Shown: one piece after another, positions 35,101-47,352 of the stretch
How the letters are laid out: each line of letters begins with the position of its first letter
Numbering within the stretch: position 1 is the stretch's first letter
Source of the DNA: Takakia lepidozioides
Lineage: Eukaryota; Plantae; Bryophyta
Assembly: GCA_030704615.1 (NCBI GenBank)
Contig: CM060733.1
Location: 47,492,001 to 47,556,000, forward strand
Length of the DNA stretch: 64,000 bases
Direction of reading: 5' to 3'
Program-made: the position numbers and the translations under genes
The notes under the pieces: model-generated
Told to the model about the DNA's origin: nothing
What the model saw: the letters and a program-made list of their open reading frames with translations, nothing else
Database searches by the model: none

Positions 35101-36420
35101 TGCTGGACATTCCTGACGGTTATCCTGTCCCTGATGTGTTCCCTTCCAATTCGACCCCGACTTGGAACAAATCGGATTCTCGTTATTGGCAGTGGGCTTT
35201 CTCGTTCAGCAACAAATTCCTTTCGGACTCGGGGGCTCTTCTTCTCATGCAGTCAAAGGACATGTCGGCCCGAAGAACTCTTTTCAGCTACATGAAAGCC
35301 TCCGGGTTTCGTGTCATCAAAACTTGGACATGCATCAATACTCTGCCTCTTACGAAGGGCGAGTTCCCGGGGCAGAAAGTGAGTTGGTTCCTTTCAATTC
35401 ATGTTTCGTTGTTTTTTCGGTAAATAAAAATGCTGGGTTATGCCTTCTGTCTCATGCTCTCTTCCTCATTGTTGACAGACACGGGTGTTCGAAGCTTTGT
35501 GCCTGGTGAGGCGGAAGGACACTCTTCCTCCTGGTGTTGCTGAGTTCCAGATGAGGGACCTTGCAGCTCATATTGACCCCACCTGCGAGCCTATGGAGGA
35601 TGATGTTCTCTTCAATTACGTGGACTCAGGTCGAACTATGAAAAGGTCGATTGGTGTCCCTTGGAGAGGTGCACGGGAGAAATCTCCAGCTTTCATGCAG
35701 ACTTTGGTGGAGACATGCAGCCGTCATGGTGGACGAGTGGTCGACTTGTCTATGGGCACAGGTGGGGCACTTTACATTGTGATTGACATATGGGCAGTAA
35801 CCTTAGGGAAACCCTGTTTTTATTTCTCGTTCTTCTTGGATTTGCAGGAGCATGTTTTCATGCTTGCAAGAGCGCCGGAAGGCACTTCTTCGGCATGGAA
35901 GCTGATACGGAGCTCTTCTCGAGCGAGCTTCGTCAGCTTGAGTCGGACACTACTTCTACCCCATCCAAAGAGGGACTTCTGGAGGAGCCCGAAGCGCCTG
36001 ACGAGGATCTAGACGTGGACTCCGATTTTGAGTGTGAGTAACTTCTTCTGTAGTCGTTCAAAATATGTGGCATTTCCTTGTGTCGTTCCCGTTCGAAAAA
36101 ATTGCGTAACATTGTCTATATCTGGATGTTAACATCTGCCACCATTTCTCTTGTTCCTTTCCAGAGTTCTGCACCAGTCATTGAATCAGCAGACACCTTT
36201 CGGATTCCAAGGATACTACATGTCCCCGAGTCCCCCTAGATCCAACCGCTTGCCGGTTTACGCGGAAGCTTGCGCACGGGTGTTATCCGAACAAACACTG
36301 TATTCGCATCTCCATAAAGGTCGTGGAAAAAAAAAACGTCATGTATGTGCTGCTGTATTCATAGATGATATTGCTATTAACTCTGGCAGTGGTTCCTCTG
36401 AAACCTCCAATATTTCTTGA
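32157..36420 (+). CDS. ParB-MTase-like accessory gene, family 2 (5'-truncated within the ParB exon; 9 exons in phase)
   Basis: Exons ~32157-32285, 32360-32549, 32668-33111, 33206-33429, 34303-34909, 35040-35378, 35479-35761, 35848-36037 and 36165-36420 splice in frame (phases 2,0,0,2,0,0,1,2). Motifs TDLVVLDIPDG..WN..YW..FLSDSGALLL and EKSPAFMQTLVETCS..GGRVVDLSMGTG/ACFHACKSAGRHFFGMEAD. Confidence 0.85.
33555..34182. repeat. Six dispersed palindromes CAACATTGCGT-N2-ACGCAATGTTG in the family-2 long intron
   Basis: Copies at ~33555, 33675, 33831, 33961, 34060 and 34151. Confidence 0.85.
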
Positions 36421-36555
36421 CGGTTCAAGTACTGAGGCTGAATAAATTGTGTTTTGGCTTTGCTTCCATCCCATACTGTTTTTCAAGTTCTCTGCGCGTT
36501 CCCGTAAGTACAGTTAGGGATTGCCTACGGTATTTCTTCGGAGTGCGGAATTGAA

Positions 36556-36780
36556 AAATGTTTGTGTGTTGGAGTGAATGTACTGCTTTGCCAAAAAAAC
36601 ATTTTTTCTTTTCAGATTCAGTTCTGTAGTGGGCGATCTCCTCATTCCAAAGTCAGGATCTCCCACAAATGTTTGTGTGTTGGAGTGAATGTACTGCTTT
36701 GCCAAAAAAACATTTTTTCTTTTCAGATTCAGTTCTGTAGTGGGCGATCTCCTCATTCCAAAGTCAGGATCTCCCACAAA
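36556..36780 (+). repeat. 111-bp direct tandem duplication
   Basis: AAATGTTTGTGTGTTGGAGTG..GGATCTCCCAC occurs twice in tandem; the ORF track shows a 37-aa repeat. Confidence 0.95.
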
Positions 36781-36978
36781 ATTCATCCGCAAACCTGCCA
36801 TTGTTCTCGGCCACAAGGAATATTCATGTGGGGGCAGTAAAGAGGGATAGAAAATTAGGACATAGGGGGGGGGGGGGGGGGAGCACGGAATTAGGGCCTG
36901 AACACGTGGATGCTTGCTGACGTGGCGTGAGCCTAGCCAGGCTCACAGGCTCACAGGCTCACGCGCAAGCATTCCCCC

Positions 36979-39900
36979 ATTGTCATGTACCTTTTTTTAT
37001 TTGAAATGGTCCCATCCATGACATTTTCAATTTTCCGCCCAGTTTGATTTTCTTGATTTTTGGTAACCACAAAACAATGTCCCCGTCCTGGAAAGATTTC
37101 TCTTTCCCTTCGGATATTCTTTTCCTTCGTTGTTCCTGAATCCGTGCCATGTTATATGCGGCATCTGCTCGAACTTCTTCCAAATGGAATAACTCATATT
37201 CCCTGACTCGTAAGGATTCTTCTAAACCCCATCGTTCATGAGTTCCGGTTCGTAGTGTGGGTATCATACATTCAATGGGTAATAGTGCCTCTGCTCCATA
37301 CACCAGTTGAAATGGTCACCTTGTATGATGTCCTGAATGCCCATAGTGATGTGTTCAATTTGGTGTCCCAATCTGTACGATTGGCATTTACTATCTTGAT
37401 TAAGATAGTGCATAATATTTTGTTGGTAGATTCGGCTTGACCGTTTCCTTGAGGATAGTAAGCAGTACTCTTGTGATGTACAATCATGAACTCCTCCGTC
37501 AAGCATTTTATGGCATCACTTATGAAATGTGATCCCTGATCACTGACGAATTCCAGTGGGCAACCAAATCGTGTGATGATGTTTTCATATAAGAATTTGG
37601 TTGTTGATCTGGTAGTGTTGTCTCTTAGTGCCTTGGCCTCTACCCATTTGGTAGTGTAGTCAGTGGCTGTGAGGATGTATTGGTTTTGTGTGTACCTTGT
37701 TGGAGGTTTAATGGGTCCCATGAAGTCTAGCCCCCAGCGCTGAAATGGTTCTGTTGGTAGTATTGGGTGCAGAGTCCCCTTCCCTATTCGTTCTACTGGT
37801 CCCATCCTTTGGCAAACATCACACTGTTGACAATGTTCATAGGTATCTCCAAATACAGTAGGCCACCAGTAGCATGCTAGTAATATTTTCTTTGCTGTTA
37901 GGTCTGAACTGAAGTGTCCTCCTGCAATTCCTTCGTGTAGTTCTTGCATTACTGTTTTGGCTTGGTCTTTGTTTACACATCTTCTCATTATGGAGTCAAT
38001 TCCTCTTTTGTACAGAATCCCTTTGATTAATGTGTATGGCTTGCTTTTCATTGAAAGCTTCCTCCTGTCATCTTTGGTGTAATCTTCAGGAAATTTCCCT
38101 GTGTTCAGATAGTATTTGATTGGCCATTGCCAATCATCTTGATCTTGATCCTGAATATCTTCTGATTCTTTTTTGGTGACTGTATAAGCTCCAATACTGA
38201 TATTGGCCAATTCTTGATTGTTTGTTTCTTTGTTTTCCTTGTCATCTTCTTCTTCTGGATCTGGCTCTTCTTCAATAATAAGTCCTTTATCAAGAGGTTC
38301 ATCTTCATTGGATGAATCCTCTTCTTCATCCGTGTCGTCCATGAGTTTGAGAGCATCTGGAAGGTCATAGTCTCCTTGAAACATTCCCAGAGCATTTATA
38401 GGATTTGTCTCTTCATTTTGTGCTTCTGGTTGAACAGCAAACAGAAATGCATCGGGAAGTTGATCCTCTACCCCCGTAGCTGGTTCTCCTGTAGTAATCC
38501 TTGACATATGATCTGCTATAACATGTAATCTCCCTGGTTTATGAACAACTTCAAAGTCATACTCATGAAGAAGTAATAACCATCGAGCAACCCTGTCACT
38601 AGCTAGTGGTCGATTTGCTAAATGAACTAGAGCCTGATGATCCACAATAAACTTAAATCGATTGCTAAGTAAATAATGCCGAAATTTTTGAGCAACATAA
38701 ATCATTGCCAATGCTTCCCTTTCTGTGGTGCTATAATTCTTCTCGGCTACTGTCAGTAACCTACTTGCATAATAGATTGATGAATCTATTGTGCCTGTCA
38801 CATTCTGAGCTAGAACTGCTCCCAAAACAATGCCTGATGCATCACTGTGTACATGAAATGGTAAATCCCATCTTGGATTTATCAGAATTGGCGCTGTTGT
38901 GAGTGCCCTTTTTAGTGAATCAAATGATCCCTGGCAAGCTGGAGACCATCTGTATTCGACATCTTGCTTAAGTAGTCTATAGACTGGTGCCGCTCTGTGA
39001 GCATATTTGTCCATGTACCTTCTGTAATAGCTCGTCTGTCCCAGAAATCTCTTGAGTTTCTTGGGATTTTCTGGTCGTGGTATTTTCTGGATAACCTCCA
39101 CTTTCTTTGGATCTACTAGAATTCCCTGTTGGCACACAATGTGTCCCAATAATAATCCTGAATTCACACAGAATGTACATTTTTCCGTGTTGAGACTTAC
39201 TCCATTGTTTCTGCAAGCTTGTAGGCAAAGTTTTAACTGTGCCAAATGTTTGGATTTATGTCCGAAGACACTGAAATCATCCAAAAATACCTGCATAACA
39301 TCATTGAGATAGTTCTTGAATATCTCAGATACTGCTCGTTGAAATGTGGCTGGTGCATTGCAAAGTCCAAATGGCATGACTTTGTAAGCATATGCTCCCC
39401 ATTCAGTGATGAATGCGGTCTTTTCTCGGTCTTATTCTGCCATCTGTACCTGGTTGTACCCACTAAACCCATCCATGAATGAGTACATCTCATGTCCAGC
39501 CACTGTGTCCAACACTATTTCAGTGAAAGGTAGTGGAAAAGGGTCTTTCTTGGTTCCTGCGTTTAACTTGCGGTAGTCCACACACACTCGTAGTTTTCCA
39601 TATTTCTTGGGTATTATCACAATGGGCGATAACCATTGTGGTGTCTCTACTCGGTATATGAATCCTGCATCCAGTAACTTCTTGATTTCTTCCCAAACTT
39701 TAGCTGCATAGTTGGGGTTCATTGTGTAACGGTTCTGACGAATTGGTTTTGTGTCAACTTCCAATTCAATTCGGTGTTGACAGATGTTGGAAGGTATACC
39801 CTTCAAATCTTTGTAGTTCCAGGCAAATACATCCTTGTATTCAGTAAATAATGCAGTGGCTTCTTGTAGAAATGTTTCTTCAAGAACTGTTCGTATTATT

Positions 39901-40585
39901 TGTGGTTCTTCCACTGTTCCCAGATTCACTTGAATCAATTGAGTTTCTTCCATTACTGTCCATCCTGCAATTTCTTGTCCGATGGTTGCAATTGTGGCAG
40001 GTACTTCACTGATTTGAATGTCTTCTTCCCTTTCTTGATAGAAACGGGCAGGGTGTTGAGGTGTGTCCATCGCTTCTTCCTCTGAATCTTCCATTCGAAG
40101 TATTTGGTTCTCCTTGGGTGTTCACCATGTGACATCCTACTGTTGTGGTATGCTTGACCACCAGTTGCCCAATAGGTTCCAATTGTGGATGTGTTGCGTA
40201 TACTGTGGCTTCTTCTTCATCCGACAATCCACTGGACCAATCATACTCTTCCACTATGCAAGGTCGTTTCTCTCGTGGAATAGTACCTCATTGCTTGGTA
40301 GTGATGGTGACTTGTTCTGCACCCTTTTTTTATTGTGAGAGTCTGACTTCCCCAATCGTGGTGTGATTGGGCTTGTGTTAACCATGGTCGGCCAAGTAGT
40401 AGCGAATATCCTTCTGCCACATCCTCCATTCTAAGAATGGTTACTGATACTTCGTATACCAGTCCTGCTACTTCCATTGCAAGTCGTCTGATGATCCCCA
40501 ATGGCAGCACTTTTCGTTGATCAGCCATTCGTACTGTGAATGGAGCGGGTTCCATGTGCCCCAATCCTAGTGACTTCTTCATCTT
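36979..40585 (-). mobile_element. Ty3/gypsy LTR-retrotransposon pol (PR-RT-RNaseH-INT), degenerate
   Basis: Protease C-half (LLLGRPWL) 40241-40582. RT ([42 protein letters not shown]). RNase H ([17 protein letters not shown]). Integrase ([33 protein letters not shown]). Contains stops and frameshifts. Confidence 0.95.
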
Positions 40586-41469
40586 TTAAAAGCAAGGTGG
40601 TTGGTGAAGCTAATTAAATGTGCCTAATGTTAGCCTAGGCCCTTGTCTCATTCCAACAGTAACCTAATCAGACAGGGTGGTTGCTGACGTGTGGAAGAAA
40701 CTTAAAGAAATCCTGGCAGCCAATAAGAGGCCACCATTTGCCATTCTAGATTAGCCCTTTTCTTAATATAAAAAGCGGATGGCTTATGCCAAACGCAGGA
40801 TGGTTTGGGTGATCAGCACTGTGTACTTGGATGTGCCGGGCATTTGGATGATTTGCACTTGATCAGGTCACTCCTTGTAAAACTTTGTGAATAAAGGATA
40901 TATAGTTGGGTTTTTTTTTTTTTTTTTTTTTTTTTGGGTGCCCTTGCATTACATAATTTAATACGGATCTTTTATAGACACCATATTTTGAATTATAAAA
41001 ATACTATATTGTTTTATTAACACCCAAATATATTTTAAAATATTATATAAATTTCAATTTGAAAGAAAAAAATAAAACAGTGCACATGCACAACAAACAA
41101 CAAAATACTTGAATTTTATTCAAACGAATATGGCTTACTGTCGTTCACTAACAAACTCATTCTATGAGTCTGCGTCATTACTATTTAACACATACAAGTT
41201 GTTCTCTGGCTGATAAGTTAAAGTATCTACATCTACCCATTTAGAATCAGTACCCATCATATTTGAACTTAAGATTCTCTCGGGCCTTAGTAAACCAATT
41301 CAGTAAGACCATTATAGTTGCGCAGTAGCAGCCTTCTTCTTGCTTACTGGTGACTTGTTCATGAGGTCAATGGGGTGTCTTGAAATCCCATTTTTCTTCT
41401 TCCTACCATATATTCTTTTTAACAAAAATTTGGCAAATAAGTACCCATATGTTTTTTTATAAATGTGAT

Positions 41470-44400
41470 CCACTGCGAGGCTGACACATCTCGTTCCACG
41501 ACTGGGATGTTGTATTGGGTAATGATAATAGGAGCAACATGTTCATCCTCGGGATGTTGTCCCAAGTTTGGCAGCGATTCCATGGATGCTGCAGGAGAGG
41601 GGGTATGAGTCCTGCTGGGAAAAGGCGTCGGACGCAACATCGTTGCGCCCCGAGGTTGAGTGCGGATGTTCATATCTGATCTCCATGAATCACCGCCGCC
41701 TCCGGGCATGTCCTCAATTCTTTTCTTCACCGACCGGTTGCGGACATCGCCCTCCAGGCAGTTCCCCCGACTGTGTAACGGGGTTGACCTTATTGTTTCC
41801 CGCAATGCAGCAGTCCATTTTTTGGGATCGGTGGAACGATGCGCCGCCCTCATCAGCATCTCCTGCCTGTCTGGTCCGATACCCTATTGTTTTCCTCCCA
41901 AAAACTGGTGGTAACCAGTGTTGGGCGGGTATTGAGTAATCAGGGTATCAAAACCCGGTTATCGATATATTGATAACCGGAACTGGATTTTTTTTCAAAA
42001 AAAATGATATACATAATCGGCGTTATGTAAGTTATAAGATCCGGCTCCTATTGATAACTGGAGGTTAGAAGTTCCTAGATAACCGGATAGAGACCCAATA
42101 TGAGATAAAATTTTGGGAACCGGTTATCAATACGACAAACCTTTATGGGCCACACCTCTTAAATTGGTCAACACGTATCCTCTCATAAAAGCCAGATTAT
42201 ACTCTCATCATAAAAGCCGGATTAGTACCTGTTGTCATTATGAGCTGTCCATTAATGCAAAATGTAATAGCATTGAAAAGCATTAGCATGGAAATCATGT
42301 TTGGCTTAATGAAATGCAAAGGGTGCTACCTCAAAAACTTATAGATTTTATTTTTGAAAATAAATTAGTACAAAATAAAACACTTGTAAATAAATAAATC
42401 CAATAACCGGATTACTCAATAACCTCCGGGCATTGACTATAGAATAACCGGAGCTATTGATAACCTGTAAGTTCAAAATTTCTTACACTGTTGATAACCG
42501 ACGGGTATGAAAATATTAAAATTTGTTTAATAACCTGAACCGGCGGGTATTAGATTTCCAAAATTTGTAATATCCGGAACCGGCGGTTATAGTAAAAAAC
42601 TGATAACCGCCCAACACTGGTAGTAACCAGATGTTGCATGATGGCCCTCACAATATCTTCTGTTGTTGCTGTCAACATGTCAACGAAATGTGCTACAGAG
42701 GAAGCACGCCAGGAAGAGTGCACCGATTCGGCCATGTTCGTCGTCGGCATATCCGTGTCATCCTCCAAACTCATGTCTTGTTGAAGGAAATTAGAAATGT
42801 TACTCATTGTGGAGAATATCCAAGCACAAAACAAAACAATTGTCAAGTACAAAAATGTGTTACCTGTCTCATATAGTCTCCAAACTTGCGGAATCTATAG
42901 TGCCACCACGCAAGCCGCGTTTGCAGTTTTGGCTGATCTTTCACATCCACTGCCCCTGAAGACACCCACCAAGCGCATATGGTTGCAAACTCGGTCTCCG
43001 CCTCGTCGATGGAATTCGCATTTTTCCACGCAAGGCACATACTGACATGATCCTGCCGGTGGCGTGACGCCACGAACCTTTTCGTATTTTGCGTCAAACT
43101 CTGCATGAAGTGAAACCCGCAAGATCTTTCCTTACCTTCCATTGGAGTCTTTGGGTCGTCCCCATATACCCTTCTCACTGCAGCCCAGTTTGTCTGGCAT
43201 TGTCAGCCATGAAGCCCCTGAAATCGGGAGGAGGCAACTTCGCTCTTCCACGCCACATATGTGTCTTCTCCTTTCATTTCGCAGATAGCAACGGTCATCA
43301 AATTTCTGCAATGTGGGTCGTATACATGTGCCCCCATTGTCACCCAATCGTGGTTGGTAATTCGCTTGATGTGGTCGAACATGACCTAACAATTTGAGAG
43401 GTCTCCACTGGTCATCCGCTTCACCAAATCGACACCGCTCCCCGGTCCGCACGTTGACATCTTAAATATGAAGCATTTGTCCGTCTCTGAGCCTTGACCA
43501 GGGAAAAAGTTGCCCTGGATGAAGCCGTAGCCGTAGGTGCGCTTCACTTCTAAGATGGAGTGCATGTCTGATCCTCTTCCGATTCGTTTCTTGCAGCCGA
43601 CAATATGGTTCCTGACATTGGGGCTGCACACGTGGGAGACAGCTTCCAGCAGCTCCTTCATGTCCCCCTCGCCCAGCTTCTCTCTTGTACTTCCGTCCTC
43701 TGACATTATTCTGCCTATTGCAATTCTATATGCGGATGCGAGCTGTATTTGCTTTGGTTTTGCGCCCGGCCTCAACCTCACCTCCTCCTTAATAATATCG
43801 TGGGCCTGTTGAAAAGCGACTCTGGAATCCCCTTTGGCGACAGGGTAGTCATGCTTTCCAATGTGAATGCATGCTCTGGTGCACGCTGGGCCGACGGTCC
43901 CGACGTAGTACTGTTTGGAGTTGCACCCTGCCATGCACGTAGGGGCTGCGTTGCAATGGACACACTTGAAAATCCCTGCAAGAACTCTACCTTGAGGCCA
44001 AAATGGGGTCGACGAACTGCCAATCCAGTCTGTCTCATTCCGGGTGCCTTTGCTCGTGTAGTGGTAACATGTGCTCGAGAAACATTTAAGATGTCCAGCA
44101 CACAATACATATCTCACTCGAACTCCATCACCCAGATTGGACGATGAAGTTTTGGTGACACACCATGGGTGGCCGTCATGTTTCCTGTTCATTCCTGCCA
44201 ACATGTCGTCTGGGCTTGCGCCTGGCGGCACTGGAGGGAACTCGTAGATAGCATTCCCATCCACAATTTCAAGCAAAGTTTCCACAAAATGGATTGGAGT
44301 TTTGTCGTCATCAAGCCTAAGAAGGTCACTGGAGCGGGAACCCGCTGTTTTCATCCTCCGCAATATGTCGATTACTGAGCGGACGGAAGTTGAGTCCGAG

Positions 44401-45100
44401 GGTGTGTGCTCATTGTCTGCCGACATCTGCACACTCCTAGTGACGGACGACTTCGATACATACGATGGAAGGACCATACAATCTTCATCGTCACTGGATA
44501 AGTTGTGGACGACTGTTTCCTTGCAAAGTGCACCCACCGACGAGCGATGGAGCGGCAAATCCTCCAATTTGGTTTCCATTTTCACATGTTTGGGCTTCTT
44601 TGCTTGTGACGAGGTGCCCACATCCTTCATGGCAGACTTCACATCTCGCATGCCAGACCCTCTTGTGGAAGGAGGATCAACCAAGTTCCAGCGTGGGAAC
44701 TCTTTAGGCATGATTTCACCAATTGCACTGTACCGAATGGATTCAAAAGCTGGGAGCCGCCACTCTTTGCCGTTTCCGAAATCTGCATGCAAAATGACGG
44801 CACTTTCCAAAAAATGCCCATAAGCATGCTTCGTCTCCTCTTCCAAAAACACCGTTTCCGGGTGGAGCCCGAACTTCACACACAAATACCGCTCAGTGAC
44901 AATTGCAAATCCTTGGTCGCAAGGTATTTTAGCTTTTAGAGAATTGGGATGGAAGTACACGTTTACCCAAACACGAGAGTCTATGTTGAAGACAACATCT
45001 CTCGGTAGGCTCCGCAGCGAAGTCCTGCAATGAGAAGAGTGCGTCCTATATAATACCACAATCATTTTCCGGAGGATTATGTATCCAACAGGATGGGTGA
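41470..45100 (-). pseudogene. MULE transposase D (GCM-like + DDE), interrupted by a hAT MITE and 3'-truncated
   Basis: ORF 43386-45308 (DGHPWCVTK..CAGHLKC..CIHIGKHDYP..FIQGNFFPGQG..FKMST), then FDH (D1), FMAD (D2), RSCGFH (42843-43178) and PTTNMAESVH (E). The sequence resumes after the MITE as YHQFL..GPDRQEMLMRAA (41419-41915). Confidence 0.88.
41916..42619. mobile_element. hAT-type MITE (~704 bp) with 8-bp TSD
   Basis: TIRs CAGTGTTGGGCGG (41916) and CCGCCCAACACTG (42619). Flanks GTGGTAAC (41908-41915) and GTAGTAAC (42620-42627). AT-rich interior with many ATAACCG(G) subterminal motifs. Confidence 0.88.
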
Positions 45101-45229
45101 TCAGTGCAGGTATGGATGAAGGTGTGTAACGTACGTGACAAATACGGATGACCACAACAAATTCACATAAAAAATTGGGTGCCTGAATTGTGATGTACCA
45201 CCAGTTGGGTTTCAATAAATCAGACTCTT

Positions 45230-45545
45230 CATGAATTTCGGCACCGAAATCCGGATGAACATGTCTGTCATGTAACAGATCTGGAAGCGACGGGATAGAT
45301 TCCGGCAACGGAATTCGGAATTAGTTCTCATCATGAAACTGAGCTTGCACCCGACGGATGGATTTCGGTGTCGAAATTTGGATAAACATGTTCTTCATGA
45401 AATTGTTTCTGCACATAGAGGATGAATTTTGGCGCCGAAATACGGATGAATATGTTCGTGATGAAAGTCATGATTCACCACGTGTATGGATTTCGGTGCC
45501 GAAATCCGGATGACTGTAACCCTGAAAAGGCGCCAAAATTCATCG
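45230..45545. repeat. Palindromic ATTTCGGYGCCGAAAT(CCGGATG) motifs upstream of transposase D
   Basis: Copies at ~45235, 45361, 45425 and 45490; a variant of the family-1 GGCGCC-centred motif. Confidence 0.7.
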
Positions 45546-45626
45546 CTTGCAAGGAAAAAATATTATTGGAGGGAGGACGATGAATGAATTTTGGCGGAAT
45601 TCGTCAGTGATCCCTATTGTCACATT

Positions 45627-47352
45627 TTATAAATGATGCCATAATGCTGTCCTCCAGATGAATGGTGGTCTAGCCGTCGTGGTGCCCTGAATTCGTGTTG
45701 CCACCTGTCTTAGTACATACCGATTCACCGTGTCGTGATGAATGTAGTATGCACTGGCAGTTTCACGCTCCTCATCTTCAGTTTGATCTTCCTCGTTGGC
45801 GTATAAATCATGTATAAGGGCTTTGTCATGTATTCCTTGGTAGCATTTTAACTTGTTAATATTAATTCGTCCCACGAATTCTTGTTCCAAGGTCTGCAAA
45901 TCAACAGTTCCATTGTCATGTACATTTTTTATTTGAAATGGTCCCATCCATGGCATTTTCAATTTTCCGCCCAGTTTGATCTTCTTGATTTTTGGTAACC
46001 ATAAAACAATGTCCCCGTCCTGGAAAGATTTCTCTTTCCCTTTGGATATTCTTTTTCTTCGTTGTTTTTGAATTCGTGCCATGTTATCTGTGGCGTCTGC
46101 TCGAACTTCTTCCAGATGGAATAACTCATATTCCCTGACTCGTAGAGATTCCTCTAAACCCCATCGTTCATGAGTTCCGGTTCGTAGTGTGGGTATCATA
46201 CATTCAATGGGTAATAGTGCCTCTGCTCCATACACCAGTTGAAATGGTGTATGTTTCGTGGTCACCTTGTATGATGTCTTGAATGCCCATAGTGTTGTGT
46301 TCAATTTGGTGTCCCAATCTGTACGATTGGCATTTACTATCTTGGTTAAGATAGTGCATAATATCTTGTTGGTAGATTCAGCCTGGCCATTTCTTTGGGG
46401 ATAGTAAGCAATACTCTTGTGATGTATGATCATGAACTTCTCCATCAAGCATTTTATGGCATCATCTATAAAATGTGATCCTTGATCATTTACGAATTCC
46501 AATCGGCAACCAAATCGTGTGATGATATTTTCATATAACAATTTGGCTGTCGATCTGGCAGTGTTGTCTCTTAGTGCCTTGGCCTCTATCCATTTGGTAG
46601 TGTAGTCAGTGGCTATGAGGATGTATTGATTTTGCGTGTACCTTGCTGGAGGTTTAATGAGCCCCACGAAGTCTAGCCCCCAGCGTTGAAATGGTTCTGT
46701 TGGTAGTATTGGGTGCATAATACCCTTCCCAGTTCGTTCTACTGGTCCCATCCTCTGGCAAACATCACACTGTTGACAGTGTTCATAAGTGTCTCCAAAT
46801 AAGTAGGCCACCAGTAACCTGCTAATAATATCTTTTTTGCTGTCAGGTCCAAACTGAAGTGTCCTCCTGCAACTCCTTCGTGCAGCTCTTGCATCACTGT
46901 TTTGGCTTGTTCTTTGTTTACACATCTTCTCATTATGGAGTCAATTCCTCTTTTGTACAGAATCCCCTTGATTACCGTGTATGGTTTGCTTTTCATTGAA
47001 AGCTTTCTCCTGTCATCTTTGGTGTAGTCTTCAGGAAATTTCCCTGTGTTCAGATAGTATTTGATTGGCCATTGCCAATCATCTTGATCTTGCTTCTGAA
47101 TGTCTTCTGATTCTTCCTTGGTCAATGTATAAGCTCCAATACTGATATTGGCCAATTCTTGATTGTTTGTTTTTTTCTTTTTCTTTTTCTTTTTCTGGAT
47201 CTTGCTCTTCCTCAATAATAGGTCCTTCATCAAGTGGTTCATCTTCATCTGATAAGTTCTCTTTTTCATCAGTGTCATCCATGAGGTTAAGAGTATCTGG
47301 AAGGTCATAGTCTCCTTGAAACAATCCCAGATCGTCTATAGGATCTGTCTCT
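45627..47352 (-). mobile_element. Ty3/gypsy integrase fragment, same family as 36979-40585
   Basis: Near-identical integrase text (WGLDFVG, NDQGSHF, PQRNGQAE, PWMGPF) and the same acidic linker; one frameshift near 46830. Confidence 0.93.

Larger units (their letters stand above)
32157..36978 (+). mobile_element. Family-2 MULE right part (diverged ParB-MTase-like gene plus terminus), abutting a gypsy integrase
   Basis: Terminus ..GGCTCACAGGCTCACAGGCTCACGCGCAAGCATTCCCCC at ~36978 directly abuts integrase sequence (ATTGTCATGTAC, as at 45912). The left part is interrupted by the family-1 TIR. Confidence 0.78.
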
